From IMG/VR virus record IMGVR_UViG_3300005686_000008: a stretch of DNA of 64,000 nucleotides; one strand, written 5' to 3'. The DNA comes from a virus. Its lineage: Duplodnaviria; Caudoviricetes. The notes beneath the pieces are model-generated. The model saw nothing but the letters and a program-made list of their open reading frames with translations. It was not told where the DNA came from and ran no database searches. A program made the translations under genes and the position numbers. Below, in pieces: positions 1-8,595 of this stretch (within the stretch, counting starts at the first letter, position 1; the number at the start of each line of letters is the position of its first letter).

Positions 1-2
1 TT

Positions 3-281
3 GAAGTTGACATCGGTAGAAACTCCAAATGGGGAAACCCCTACAGTCATGAGCCTAAGAGCTATGCAAAATACATTGTTGCTACAAGGCAAGAAGCCGT
101 AGAACTGCATAGTTATTGGATTTTGGGACAGCCTCATCTTATAGCAGATTTAGGAGAACTCAAAGGTAAGGTTCTAGGTTGTTTCTGCCTTCCCAAAGCG
201 TGTCATGGGGAATTTCTTTCTATACTCGCCGATAACTTTGATCCAGAAAAGGACTTTTCCGATTACTCCGCATTTTGGTGA
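3..281 (+). CDS. DUF4326-like protein (5' truncated by window edge)
   Basis: Manual translation of frame 3: DIGRNSKWGNPY...ELKGKVLGCFCLPKACHGEFL, matching the DUF4326 pattern; absent from the ORF track. Confidence 0.8.
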   Translation, partial: EVDIGRNSKWGNPYSHEPKSYAKYIVATRQEAVELHSYWILGQPHLIADLGELKGKVLGCFCLPKACHGEFLSILADNFDPEKDFSDYSAFW

Positions 282-284
282 AAT

Positions 285-767
285 ATGATCAAGTTTTGGA
301 AAATAAGAGAACCATACGGTTGCTTTAGCAACTTCTCTCGTCATAGCATTATTGTTGATGACAAGATGTATCCAACAACAGAGCATTACTATCAGTCAAA
401 GAAGTTTGAAGACCCTCTTTATCAGAATATCATTAGAACTCTTAGAACTCCAAGAGAGGCAAAGGACATAGCTTCAGGCGACAAACCATATATTGTAGAT
501 GGTATTCAAATCCCAATGCCTCCGCTTCGCAAGGATTGGGAAGAAGTCAAGTATGGTATTATGAAAGATGCTCTCAGGTATAAGGTTCAACAGAACCCTG
601 AACTAAAGAGGATTCTTCTTGAGACTGGAGATGAAGAGATTGCTGAAGACACTCCTTTTGACTACATTTGGGGCATTGGCGCTGATGGAAGTGGAAAGAA
701 CCTTCTTGGTAAAGCGTGGATGGAAATCCGAGAAGAACTCAAAAAACAGAGTGACCTAATCAAGTAG
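285..767 (+). CDS. NADAR (YbiA-like) family protein
   Basis: YGCFSNFS, YPTTEHYYQSKKF, LRKDWEEVK, LLETGD, D.IWG.G.DGSGKNLLGK motifs. Confidence 0.92.
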   Translation: MIKFWKIREPYGCFSNFSRHSIIVDDKMYPTTEHYYQSKKFEDPLYQNIIRTLRTPREAKDIASGDKPYIVDGIQIPMPPLRKDWEEVKYGIMKDALRYKVQQNPELKRILLETGDEEIAEDTPFDYIWGIGADGSGKNLLGKAWMEIREELKKQSDLIK

Positions 768-787
768 TGATTGCTTGCTGTCGATTA
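760..787 (+). promoter_or_regulatory. Candidate sigma28-type promoter TCAAG-N15-GTCGATTA
   Basis: Resembles the FliA-type consensus; same spacing as the copies at 16935 and 19338. Confidence 0.35.
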
Positions 788-816
788 CCTACCGATGGGG
801 CTGGTAGGTAAATCAC

Positions 817-1266
817 ATGCAAAAGAAAAACACTATTCTAAAAGGTATACCGTTACTTGAAGTGGATGGGGTATATACGGCTCGCGGATGCGAAGCACAG
901 TTTTACAGGATGGGAACGTCAAGATACGGGCTGAAGCTATATCGAAGTTTCCATACTGCCTATGAAAGTTTCATGCGGCAAAAGAAAGCTGCTGAAAAGG
1001 GATTGGCTCCGCAAGTGAAAAGATTTGTTGTCGCGAAGAAGAAGAATCGCAAAAGCGTTTTCTTTGGGTATGAAACAGAAAAAGCTCGTGATTTAGATGA
1101 CTGGAATGATAAAGAATGGACAATCTACAATAGACAGAGCGATAAGCTTTTTGATAAACTGAGGAAGATCGGTCTCGGTGGCGATTTTGGTGATACAAAC
1201 TGCGGTATAATAAAAGGCAAACTTGTAGCTGTGGATTTTGGAAGTCATAGCACTTGTGAATGGTAA
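817..1266 (+). CDS. Minimal protein-kinase-like fold protein
   Basis: G.EA.FY glycine-loop remnant, GLKLY lysine, GDFGDTN catalytic loop, VDFG. Confidence 0.6.
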   Translation: MQKKNTILKGIPLLEVDGVYTARGCEAQFYRMGTSRYGLKLYRSFHTAYESFMRQKKAAEKGLAPQVKRFVVAKKKNRKSVFFGYETEKARDLDDWNDKEWTIYNRQSDKLFDKLRKIGLGGDFGDTNCGIIKGKLVAVDFGSHSTCEW

Positions 1267-1276
1267 AGGAATAGCG

Positions 1277-2065
1277 ATGACAACTGCAAAAGCATTTGAA
1301 CCTTGTGTTACGGCAATTCTTAATACAGCAAATAAAGAAGCCATAAAAGCTAAGCGACCCTATGTTGAACCAGATCTTATCCTTTTGGGTATTCTTTTGA
1401 ATGACTCAACGATAGCTTGCAAGGCTCTCGCAAAACTTGTTGATCTTGCTACTCTTACTGCAAGAGTTAAAAAGTATACTGAAAATCAAACTTCAATGAG
1501 TTCTATTCCTGATGCCATAAAACTTCCTCTTTCTATTTCATCTCAGTATATCATGGAGGAAGCAAAAACGATCTCCGGAAATGATCCTGTTAGGTCTGAC
1601 CATCTTTTACAAGCTATTTCAAAAAGCTCCAATACTGCTGCTTCTATTTTCTTATCGTACTACGGTATCAGTCCGAAGAAAGTGGATGATGCTATTATTC
1701 AGGTTAACAAAGAAATAAGCGAAGAAAAAGCCATGAGAGCCGCGAGTATTACCGATACCGTAAAGAAGGCTTCTGGAGCTGTATCTTCTGCTCTTTTTGC
1801 TGCTAGCTCTGTTGTTGATGCTGTTTCCAGTTCTCTTAAGGATGCAATGCGTATGAAGCCTCATAAGGCTGTTACAAGAAATGATTGGATTGAGATTCTT
1901 GATACTGCAATGGCGCTGTCTTATGAGAAGGATATTTCTGTACCTGCCGCTTTTACTGAAGTGTGCATGAACTCAAAGTTGCTTTTTGAAAAGAGCAGCA
2001 TTCGCAGAGAGACTCTTCAGGAACTTGTTCAGCAGTTGTTAGACAAAGATTCGCTATCCACCTGA
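1277..2065 (+). CDS. Clp N-terminal repeat domain protein with unknown C-terminus
   Basis: ANKEAIKAKRPYVEPDLILLGIL and second repeat LPLS...A......VRSDHLLQAI; no AAA+ Walker motifs. Confidence 0.7.
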   Translation: MTTAKAFEPCVTAILNTANKEAIKAKRPYVEPDLILLGILLNDSTIACKALAKLVDLATLTARVKKYTENQTSMSSIPDAIKLPLSISSQYIMEEAKTISGNDPVRSDHLLQAISKSSNTAASIFLSYYGISPKKVDDAIIQVNKEISEEKAMRAASITDTVKKASGAVSSALFAASSVVDAVSSSLKDAMRMKPHKAVTRNDWIEILDTAMALSYEKDISVPAAFTEVCMNSKLLFEKSSIRRETLQELVQQLLDKDSLST

Positions 2066-2149
2066 AGCACTTTGGACTAAACTTTCTTCTGAAAAGACTC
2101 CTATTATAGTGGGTCTTCATAATCCATTGGACTTTTCAGGAACAAACCA

Positions 2150-3130
2150 ATGTTTGAGAAATTCACAGACCGAGCGCGTAAAGTCGTTGCCTTAGCGCAA
2201 CAGGAAGCAATTCAGCAGAATCATGACTATATCGCTGCTGAACATATTCTTCTTGGAATTATCAAAGAAGGCGGCGGAGTTGCCGTTAATATCCTGAGAA
2301 ACCTAGGAGTCAACCTGGAAGATTTGAGAAAAGATATTCTCAAACTTATTCCTCCAGGGAACAAACCTGCACCAGTTGGGAAGCTACCTTTTACTCCGAA
2401 TACGACAAATATTCTTACTGGCGCAATATCTTCGGCTAAAGAGCTTTCTGATAACTATATTGGAACAGAACATATCCTTATGGGTATTTTCAAGATTTCC
2501 GATTCATCCATTCCTCATTATCTTCTAAGAGAACGGGGTCTTACTTTGGAATCAGTAAAGGCGGAAAGAAATCGGATGTTCAAAGACTCCATAGCAAAAG
2601 ACCTTTCAAGTTCAGTTCATAGCCTCATGATGAAAGGGCATGAAGGGCAAAAGAGAAGCAATGGCGCTCCGTATCACACTCATCCTCAAGCGGTAAAAGA
2701 CCTTTTAGTTAAGGTTGGTATAACCGACAGCGATGTTTTGAATACTGCTCTTTGTCATGACCTTCTGGAAGATACCAAGATTACTGAAGAAGAGATCAAA
2801 AAAGTCGCAGGAGATGCTGTTCTTTTCTCAGTTAAACAACTTACAAATCTTCCCGACAAGTCTATTCCCGCCGAGCAAATAAAGTGGGATTTTGCAACAA
2901 AGCACCAAAACATGCTCCGTCATGCAGTGGAATACAACGATATCTCCAAGAGAGTAAAACTTGCAGATAGATACTGCAATTTGTGCGATGCCATTTGGGA
3001 CTGGGAGCCTTACAGAGTAAAGAGGTATGCAAAGGCAGGACTCGAACTTTTGGAAGTAATGCAACCTCTTCCTGATGATGTTGCTGAACTGGAAAGAGAA
3101 GCTAGAAGATTTTTCGGATGCTTAGTATAA
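2150..3130 (+). CDS. ClpC-type N-domain fused to RelA/SpoT-type HD hydrolase (Mesh1/SAH-like)
   Basis: MFEKFTDRARKVVALAQQEA...EHILLG; then HEGQKRSNGAPYHTHP, ALCHDLLEDT, VKLADRYCNL. Confidence 0.85.
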   Translation: MFEKFTDRARKVVALAQQEAIQQNHDYIAAEHILLGIIKEGGGVAVNILRNLGVNLEDLRKDILKLIPPGNKPAPVGKLPFTPNTTNILTGAISSAKELSDNYIGTEHILMGIFKISDSSIPHYLLRERGLTLESVKAERNRMFKDSIAKDLSSSVHSLMMKGHEGQKRSNGAPYHTHPQAVKDLLVKVGITDSDVLNTALCHDLLEDTKITEEEIKKVAGDAVLFSVKQLTNLPDKSIPAEQIKWDFATKHQNMLRHAVEYNDISKRVKLADRYCNLCDAIWDWEPYRVKRYAKAGLELLEVMQPLPDDVAELEREARRFFGCLV

Positions 3131-3140
3131 AGGAAATAAA

Positions 3141-3854
3141 ATGCTCTACGAGTTGATTACAATTGGATCTGTATTCTTTTGGATTCTTTGCGGACTATTC
3201 TCTGTTGTACTTTTGGCAGAGATAGTTTATGAGAAGTTTGCAGCAGCATTAGCAACTCTTCTTGTATTCTGTGTCATTTTCTTTGGTTTTACAAACCTAA
3301 GCTGGGCCTATATATCTGAACATCAAGACCGTATTTGGATGGGTTTCGGTTTGTATTTTGTTGGAGCCCTGGTAACTTCTCTCGTAAAATGGTACTTCTT
3401 TGTTAGCGATGCAAGAGATAGGTACGAAGAAGTAAAGAGCGAGTTTCTCAGAGCCGCAGGCCATGAGGGAGAAAAGACAATCCCTCAAGACTTACAAGTT
3501 GAATGGAACAAAAGGTTGTGTACAGTCTATGAGGGGTCTCATAAGTGGAGTTGCGATGCTGTTATCCAAATATCAACGATTATTCCAAGCGCAAAAGAAA
3601 ATAAAGAAAGAATCCTCGGATGGATGGCTTATTGGCCTTTCGTTGTTTTCTGGTCTATCTTCCATGATTTCCTGAGAAGAGTTTGGGAACTCATTTATAA
3701 GTTCTCAAGTAAGATTTTCCAGTGTATCTCTCTTATTCTGTTCAGGGGCGTTGCCGATGAAATTAAAGCGGCTAATGAGGCTAAAATAAAGGCTATGGAA
3801 GAGAAAGAAAAAGCGCAAAATGCTCAAAGAGGCTTTACAAAATATGGCTCTTAA
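3141..3854 (+). CDS. Membrane protein, hypothetical
   Basis: Three to four hydrophobic segments; RBS aaggaa. Confidence 0.6.
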   Translation: MLYELITIGSVFFWILCGLFSVVLLAEIVYEKFAAALATLLVFCVIFFGFTNLSWAYISEHQDRIWMGFGLYFVGALVTSLVKWYFFVSDARDRYEEVKSEFLRAAGHEGEKTIPQDLQVEWNKRLCTVYEGSHKWSCDAVIQISTIIPSAKENKERILGWMAYWPFVVFWSIFHDFLRRVWELIYKFSSKIFQCISLILFRGVADEIKAANEAKIKAMEEKEKAQNAQRGFTKYGS

Positions 3855-3869
3855 TAGGATTGAGATGCA

Positions 3870-4112
3870 ATGAGCTATGAATATAACGAAAATGATGCTG
3901 ATAAACTGACTTCTAGAAAAATTACAATCTGCAACAATATCCTATCCGCCTGTAAGAAACAGAACTTTTGTCTTGGAGAGCTGTCTCTTTTATCAGGACT
4001 ATCAGAAGAGTATGTTTATAAAATATCTACGCATTCTGTTCTTCCTTCCAAGAAGGCTCTTGCAGCCATTGCGGTTGCCCTTCATGTTCCGATAGAAACT
4101 CTAAACGCATAA
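3870..4112 (+). CDS. XRE/Cro-like HTH protein
   Basis: LGELSLLSGLSEEYVYKI...PS...LAAIAVALHVPIETL. Confidence 0.7.
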   Translation: MSYEYNENDADKLTSRKITICNNILSACKKQNFCLGELSLLSGLSEEYVYKISTHSVLPSKKALAAIAVALHVPIETLNA

Positions 4113-4120
4113 GGTGTTAA

Positions 4121-4393
4121 ATGGCAATTGAAAGACCTCCAATTTCATCGCAAGCCTTTGAGGAAGCAATCAAACTAATCCGGGAAAGATTTGCTAAAGC
4201 AATTGAGAAGCACGGTCCCGGAGCCTTTTTGTCTTGGCACGAAATCGTTGGGAAAATCATGGAAGAGCATAATGAATTCATGGTTGAAGTCCAGCATGAA
4301 ACTCCAAAAAGATCAGCAGAACTTACAGATATTGCCGTTGCTGCAATTTGGGGGTTGGCAAGCCATATAGATAATGCTTTACTAAAAGACTAG
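4121..4393 (+). CDS. MazG-like nucleotide pyrophosphohydrolase
   Basis: IMEEHNEF...AELTDIAVAAI acidic helices. Confidence 0.55.
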   Translation: MAIERPPISSQAFEEAIKLIRERFAKAIEKHGPGAFLSWHEIVGKIMEEHNEFMVEVQHETPKRSAELTDIAVAAIWGLASHIDNALLKD

Positions 4394-4424
4394 TTTGCCG
4401 ATATATGAGCAAAGGAGATTTTTT

Positions 4425-5363
4425 ATGACAGGTTGTTGCGTTTGGCTTACTGGACTTCCTTGCTCTGGCAAAACAAGTCTTGCTGTTAAACTTTCTAACA
4501 TTCTTACTTTAGGATACAAGAAGAATGATGTTCTCGATGGCGATGAACTAAGAAAGCATTTCTCTAAAGGTCTTGGCTTTTCAAGGGAAGACCGCATAGA
4601 GAATGGCAATAGAATCGCTCTCTTGGCCTCCAAGATAGCTAAGCATAATGGGATTTCCATTGTTAGCCTTGTATCTCCGTATCAAGAAATGAGAGATAAT
4701 GCAAGGGCAATGGTTGAAAAAGAAGGTGGCAAGTTCTTTGAAGTCTTTGTAAAGACTCCCCTTGAAGTTTGCAAAAATAGAGACACGAAAGGGATGTACG
4801 CTCTTGCTAACAAAGGGGTAATACAGAACTTTACCGGAGTTAGCGATCCATACGAAGAACCAACGAATCCTGATCTTGTTGTTAGCGGGGAGCAGAATAT
4901 TCTTGACAGTGTAAATGCGATAATTACATTGCTTGCTTCTGAGGGTTGTGTTGGAATGTTTGCATATAGACCCAGGGCCCTGTTTATTGGTCGCTGGCAA
5001 CCGTTTCATAATGGACATGATTATATCATCAGGGAAAAACTTAGAGAAGGCATTCCGGTATTGATAGCCGTCCGAGATACTCCAATTGATTTGGGTAATC
5101 CCTTTACTTTGGAGGAAAGGATGGATATGATTAGAATGGCCTATGTTGGCGAGGACGTTCAAGTAATCTCCATTCCTGATATTGAAAGCGTCAACATTGG
5201 AAGAAACGTTGGTTATGCAGTCAACGAGTATCAAGTACCCGAAAACATCAAAGGCATTTCTGCAACACAGATTCGCAAGTTAATGGCAGAAAATAACTGG
5301 GAAGAAATAGCAAAACTTGTTCCTGTTGGGGTCTTGAATTTCTTATCGCAGAATAGAGGATGA
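4425..5363 (+). CDS. cysC: Adenylyl-sulfate kinase fused to an HxGH nucleotidyltransferase domain
   Basis: WLTGLPCSGKTS, LDGDELR, LGFSREDR.EN, SPY, RD.KG.Y, FTGVSDPYEEP; C-terminal FIGRWQPFHNGH...ISATQIRK; RBS aaggag at 4412. Confidence 0.88.
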   Translation: MTGCCVWLTGLPCSGKTSLAVKLSNILTLGYKKNDVLDGDELRKHFSKGLGFSREDRIENGNRIALLASKIAKHNGISIVSLVSPYQEMRDNARAMVEKEGGKFFEVFVKTPLEVCKNRDTKGMYALANKGVIQNFTGVSDPYEEPTNPDLVVSGEQNILDSVNAIITLLASEGCVGMFAYRPRALFIGRWQPFHNGHDYIIREKLREGIPVLIAVRDTPIDLGNPFTLEERMDMIRMAYVGEDVQVISIPDIESVNIGRNVGYAVNEYQVPENIKGISATQIRKLMAENNWEEIAKLVPVGVLNFLSQNRG

Positions 5364-5364
5364 A

Positions 5365-6424
5365 ATGTACTTACAGCAAGACGAATACGAAGATGAAAAT
5401 GGCAATCGTTTTTCCAAGAAAGATATTCGCTTTATAGGAACGTTTGTTTATATTGCTGATGGGTTTTTTAGTTGGTCATGCGGTAATCATAATTGCAGGA
5501 AAGACCATAGTTCAAGATCGCATAAGATAAGCGGAACAGTCCGTCGTTGCGAAGATTGCGGACAGTGGAGCCTTTTACTTCGTAGCGATTGCGAAAATAT
5601 CAACAATATGGTTCAAAGAGTCAATTTCTATAAAGAGGAATTGGATAGACATAAGACAAAGATAGATTCATTAGTAGCATCTCAATCCACTCTCGAAAAA
5701 ATGCATGAGGCATTACTTAAGGAAGCGCAGAATGTTTAACCGTTGTAAAATCGAAATGCAGTTCTTCATAACAAGGCCCCTCCAAAATAGGTTGGAGGGG
5801 CGTATGGAGAACTCAAATGGACAAGAGCGAACGCAGATATCGTACTGAAAAGGTTTCTAAGAAGCGTCAGGTATTTCTTAGAAAAATGTATAGAGATAAG
5901 TCGGTTCCGGCAAGGAAGGCAGGAAGATGTAAAAAGCATCATCCTCATGATTGCGGAAAATCGCAGTGCTATGTTTGCCATTGCGATAAGATTGACAGAA
6001 TCCCTACTGCTCAAGAAGTAAGATCAAACTTGGATATGAAAGAAGAATTTGAATGAAAAGGCTCATGGCTATATCATTAGTTTGTTTTGCTTCTCTTTTC
6101 GGTTGCGAAGATAAAGTCGAAATTCCGAATCCTCCATTGACAAAAGGGTGGGTTTGCGAAAAGAGGTTTATCCCATCTACAGCTTTGCAGCTTCAGCAGG
6201 CTTGCAAAACAACTGACGGTCTTGTTCATAACATACTGGTTGAATCACCTGAAATGTATGTTATTGTTATTTCTACCAGCGAAGAACTTCCTGCTTCAAA
6301 CAGGAAGCTACTTAAGTACGGTTTTTATCAGGTATCTCCCATCCTGTTTTCTGAGACTCAGTTAGGAGCAGAAATCGACGTAAAAACAAATGACGGTTTC
6401 AAGCCAATTTTGATCAGTCAGTAA
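5365..6424 (+). other. Three small hypothetical ORFs (5365-5739 Zn-ribbon, 5817-6056 basic Cys-rich, 6053-6424 lipoprotein-like)
   Basis: Consecutive + ORFs; CxxC pairs; lipobox-like LFGC in the third. Confidence 0.55.
5776..5801 (+). promoter_or_regulatory. GC-rich intergenic hairpin
   Basis: GCCCCTCCAA-aatagg-TTGGAGGGGC, 10-bp perfect stem without U-tract. Confidence 0.5.
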
Positions 6425-6443
6425 GATTTTTCGTGAAAAGTGC

Positions 6444-6472
6444 TTGACAGAGAAGGAATTGGCCGATAGACT
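6444..6472 (+). promoter_or_regulatory. Sigma70-type promoter for the ncRNA/tRNA cluster
   Basis: TTGACA-N17-TAGACT; overlaps GCCGATAG. Confidence 0.6.
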
Positions 6473-6480
6473 AAGTATAA

Positions 6481-6603
6481 GGTAAGAATCATGAACAGCA
6501 GCTTCAAATTTCTTGAACAGAGGAACTTCCAAGAGCGTCGATAAGACGCCAAGGAAGCTGCACCGGCTCGCCGTATAAGGCTTGAGCCAACCGATTCAAA
6601 ACC
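6481..6603 (+). ncRNA. Candidate structured ncRNA or tRNA-operon leader
   Basis: Nested stems GAATC/GATTC, GCAGCTTC/GAAGCTGC, GCGTC/GACGC, GGCTC-GCC/GGC-GAGCC directly after the promoter. Confidence 0.45.
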
Positions 6604-6614
6604 AAAATGCATTA

Positions 6615-6687
6615 GGCCCTGTCGTCTAGAGGTTTAGGACGTAAGACTTTCAATCTTTCAACCGGAGTTCGATTCTCCGCAGGGTCA
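6615..6687 (+). tRNA. tRNA-Glu(TTC)
   Basis: Acceptor GGCCCTG/CAGGGTC-A, loop CTTTCAA, T-loop TTCGATT; no encoded CCA. Confidence 0.9.
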
Positions 6688-6716
6688 TTTTAGTCAGGTT
6701 TTTTATCAGGAAAAAG

Positions 6717-7214
6717 ATGAGTAAGATTTGTACGAAATGCAAACAACCAGGAACCTTTTGCAAAGATAGCAAAAGCAAAGACGGGTTACAATCTCAATGT
6801 AAGATTTGCAAATCTAAACAGATTGTTTCTTACCTTCAAAAAAATAAGGACAAAAGATCAAAATCTGGTCCAGAAAAAAGATTACGTTACTACTATAAGC
6901 ATAAAATTTCTATGAATATGTCTCGCATAATTCGTAGATCATTGCAAGGCTTGAAGAAAGGAAATCATTGGGAACAGCTTGTAGGGTATTCGGTTGAAGA
7001 GTTAAAGCAACACCTAGAAAAACTCTTCAAAGAAGGAATGAATTGGGAAAATTATGGGAAATGGCATATTGATCATGTTATTCCAGTTTCTTCCTTCAAT
7101 ATTGTTTCTGTAAATTGTGAGGATTTTAAAAAATGTTGGGACATTAAGAATCTACAGCCTTTATGGGCTAAAGATAACTTGAGCAAATCAAATAAAATCG
7201 GCCCTATCTGCTAA
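6717..7214 (+). CDS. Free-standing HNH-type endonuclease with N-terminal Zn finger
   Basis: CTKC...CKIC, WHIDHVIP, NLQPLWAKDNLSK; AT-rich; stop codon lies inside the next tRNA. Confidence 0.8.
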   Translation: MSKICTKCKQPGTFCKDSKSKDGLQSQCKICKSKQIVSYLQKNKDKRSKSGPEKRLRYYYKHKISMNMSRIIRRSLQGLKKGNHWEQLVGYSVEELKQHLEKLFKEGMNWENYGKWHIDHVIPVSSFNIVSVNCEDFKKCWDIKNLQPLWAKDNLSKSNKIGPIC

Positions 7215-7271
7215 CGGCTAGGCTCCCTGATTCTCAGTCAGGTAATACGAGTTCGAATCTCGTTAGGGTCA
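7200..7271 (+). tRNA. tRNA-Glu(CTC)
   Basis: GGCCCTA/TAGGGTC-A, CCTGA-TTCTCAG-TCAGG, TTCGAAT. Confidence 0.88.
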
Positions 7272-7285
7272 TTGAAAAGTTAAGA

Positions 7286-7357
7286 GGCTCCATCGTCTAA
7301 TTGGCAGGACACCACCCTCTCAAGGTGAAAATATGGGTTCAAATCCCATTGGAGTCA
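7286..7357 (+). tRNA. tRNA-Glu(CTC), second copy
   Basis: GGCTCCA/TGGAGTC-A, CACC-CTCTCAA-GGTG, TTCAAAT. Confidence 0.88.
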
Positions 7358-7367
7358 TTATAAATGA

Positions 7368-7439
7368 GGCCCTGTAGCATTATGGGTAGATCGGAAGACT
7401 TTCAATCTTCAGGACCGGGTTCAAGCCCCGGCAGGGTCA
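7368..7439 (+). tRNA. tRNA-Glu(TTC), second copy, irregular D arm
   Basis: GGCCCTG/CAGGGTC-A, GAAGA-CTTTCAA-TCTTC, TTCAAGC; D stem pairs poorly. Confidence 0.75.
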
Positions 7440-7442
7440 TTT

Positions 7443-7610
7443 ATGAAAAAGAACACCACTAAGAAGTATTGGTACTTTACTGAAAGAACCGAATGCGTAC
7501 TTTGCGGATATTGCGATACTGTCAAGTTTAGAAAGACTGGCAAAAAACCAAAAGATCCTAAGAAACGTAGCTCTTATAAGCAAATGGCATGTAGCGAGCA
7601 TTTCTTATGA
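7443..7610 (+). CDS. Small basic Cys-containing protein (55 aa)
   Basis: MKKNTTKKYWYFTERTECVLCG...CSEHFL; overlaps the next ATG (ATGA); below the ORF-track cutoff. Confidence 0.55.
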   Translation: MKKNTTKKYWYFTERTECVLCGYCDTVKFRKTGKKPKDPKKRSSYKQMACSEHFL

Positions 7611-7852
7611 AAAAAGAACTCCTTAAGTTACTTGGGCAACTAGCAGACGAAGCAAAAAGCTTTGGAGTTTATGAACAATATAGCGAAGCAGGAGAAACCC
7701 TATCCGCCGCTTCTGACCGAGTTTATGAACTAACAGCAGAAATTGTTCAACTTGCTACAGGCAAGAAGCCAACAAAGAAAGAACTTGAAGAGGTTCTTTC
7801 TGTTAGCGTTGGCGAAAAAGGGATGTATGATTGTGAAGATGAAGAAGAGTAA
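7607..7852 (+). CDS. Hypothetical protein
   Basis: ORF coupled to the upstream gene. Confidence 0.55.
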   Translation: MKKELLKLLGQLADEAKSFGVYEQYSEAGETLSAASDRVYELTAEIVQLATGKKPTKKELEEVLSVSVGEKGMYDCEDEEE

Positions 7853-7879
7853 GTAGTTTTGCCGATATAGCTAGATATT

Positions 7880-7953
7880 ACTCCCGTGGCTCGACTGGAT
7901 TAGGCGGAGGTTTTCTAAACCTCTCAAAGCGGGTTCGAATCCTGCCGGGAGTG
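7880..7953 (+). tRNA. tRNA-Arg(TCT)
   Basis: ACTCCCG/CGGGAGT-G, GAGGT-TTTCTAA-ACCTC, TTCGAAT. Confidence 0.88.
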
Positions 7954-8375
7954 CTTTATGGGCTTTGAACTAATTCTCTTTCTGAAATTAGCAGCCATAT
8001 TATCATTGTTATTTCTTTTACGACGCGACCGTTACGCCGGTAAATGCAAACTACATCTTTGTGACCTGAAAGCATTTATAGGTCCAGACTGTGGCGGCTA
8101 TACCTATTGCCCTATATGTCACGGTGAAGAAAAGGAGATAACAAATGCCAGAACTAAAGAGAAGACCTGATTTGACAAGCATGGAATTGCAGAAATTCGT
8201 TGGAGAAGACTACCTGCGAATAAAGGCCGAACTTGAAAAGGCAGGCTTGAAAGTATTCTGCGGAGAACACCATGAGAAAAGAGAAATCACTTCTTCGCTT
8301 GACCGTCATGTAGATATCAGATACGATAAGGGTAATCGAGAGATCATACGCATTTGGCGAACAGGCTAGGTCAAA

Positions 8376-8582
8376 ATGGCAAAAAAGAAACCCAAAACCT
8401 CTTGTTGCGAAGCCATGAAAGGGCAGATAGAACGGGAATGCCCGGTTCATCCGAATAAAATTGAATGTCCAGACTTTGTTGTAATCAAAACAAAGTCTGG
8501 TTTTGGTATTCCAATCCGAGATGGTGGTAGAAGCTTTCTTGCAATAAACTTTTGCCCTTGGTGCGGAACTCGTATTACTTAA
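8376..8582 (+). CDS. DUF6980-like Cys-rich protein
   Basis: CCEAM...CPVH...CPD...GIPIRDGG...INFCPWCG. Confidence 0.65.
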   Translation: MAKKKPKTSCCEAMKGQIERECPVHPNKIECPDFVVIKTKSGFGIPIRDGGRSFLAINFCPWCGTRIT

Positions 8583-8595
8583 TTCGGGTAGATAA

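Noticed and set aside
6491-6544. 17-aa ORF as a tmRNA tag or leader peptide
   Set aside because: No tmRNA tRNA-like ends or Ala-rich tag; the region is better explained by RNA stems
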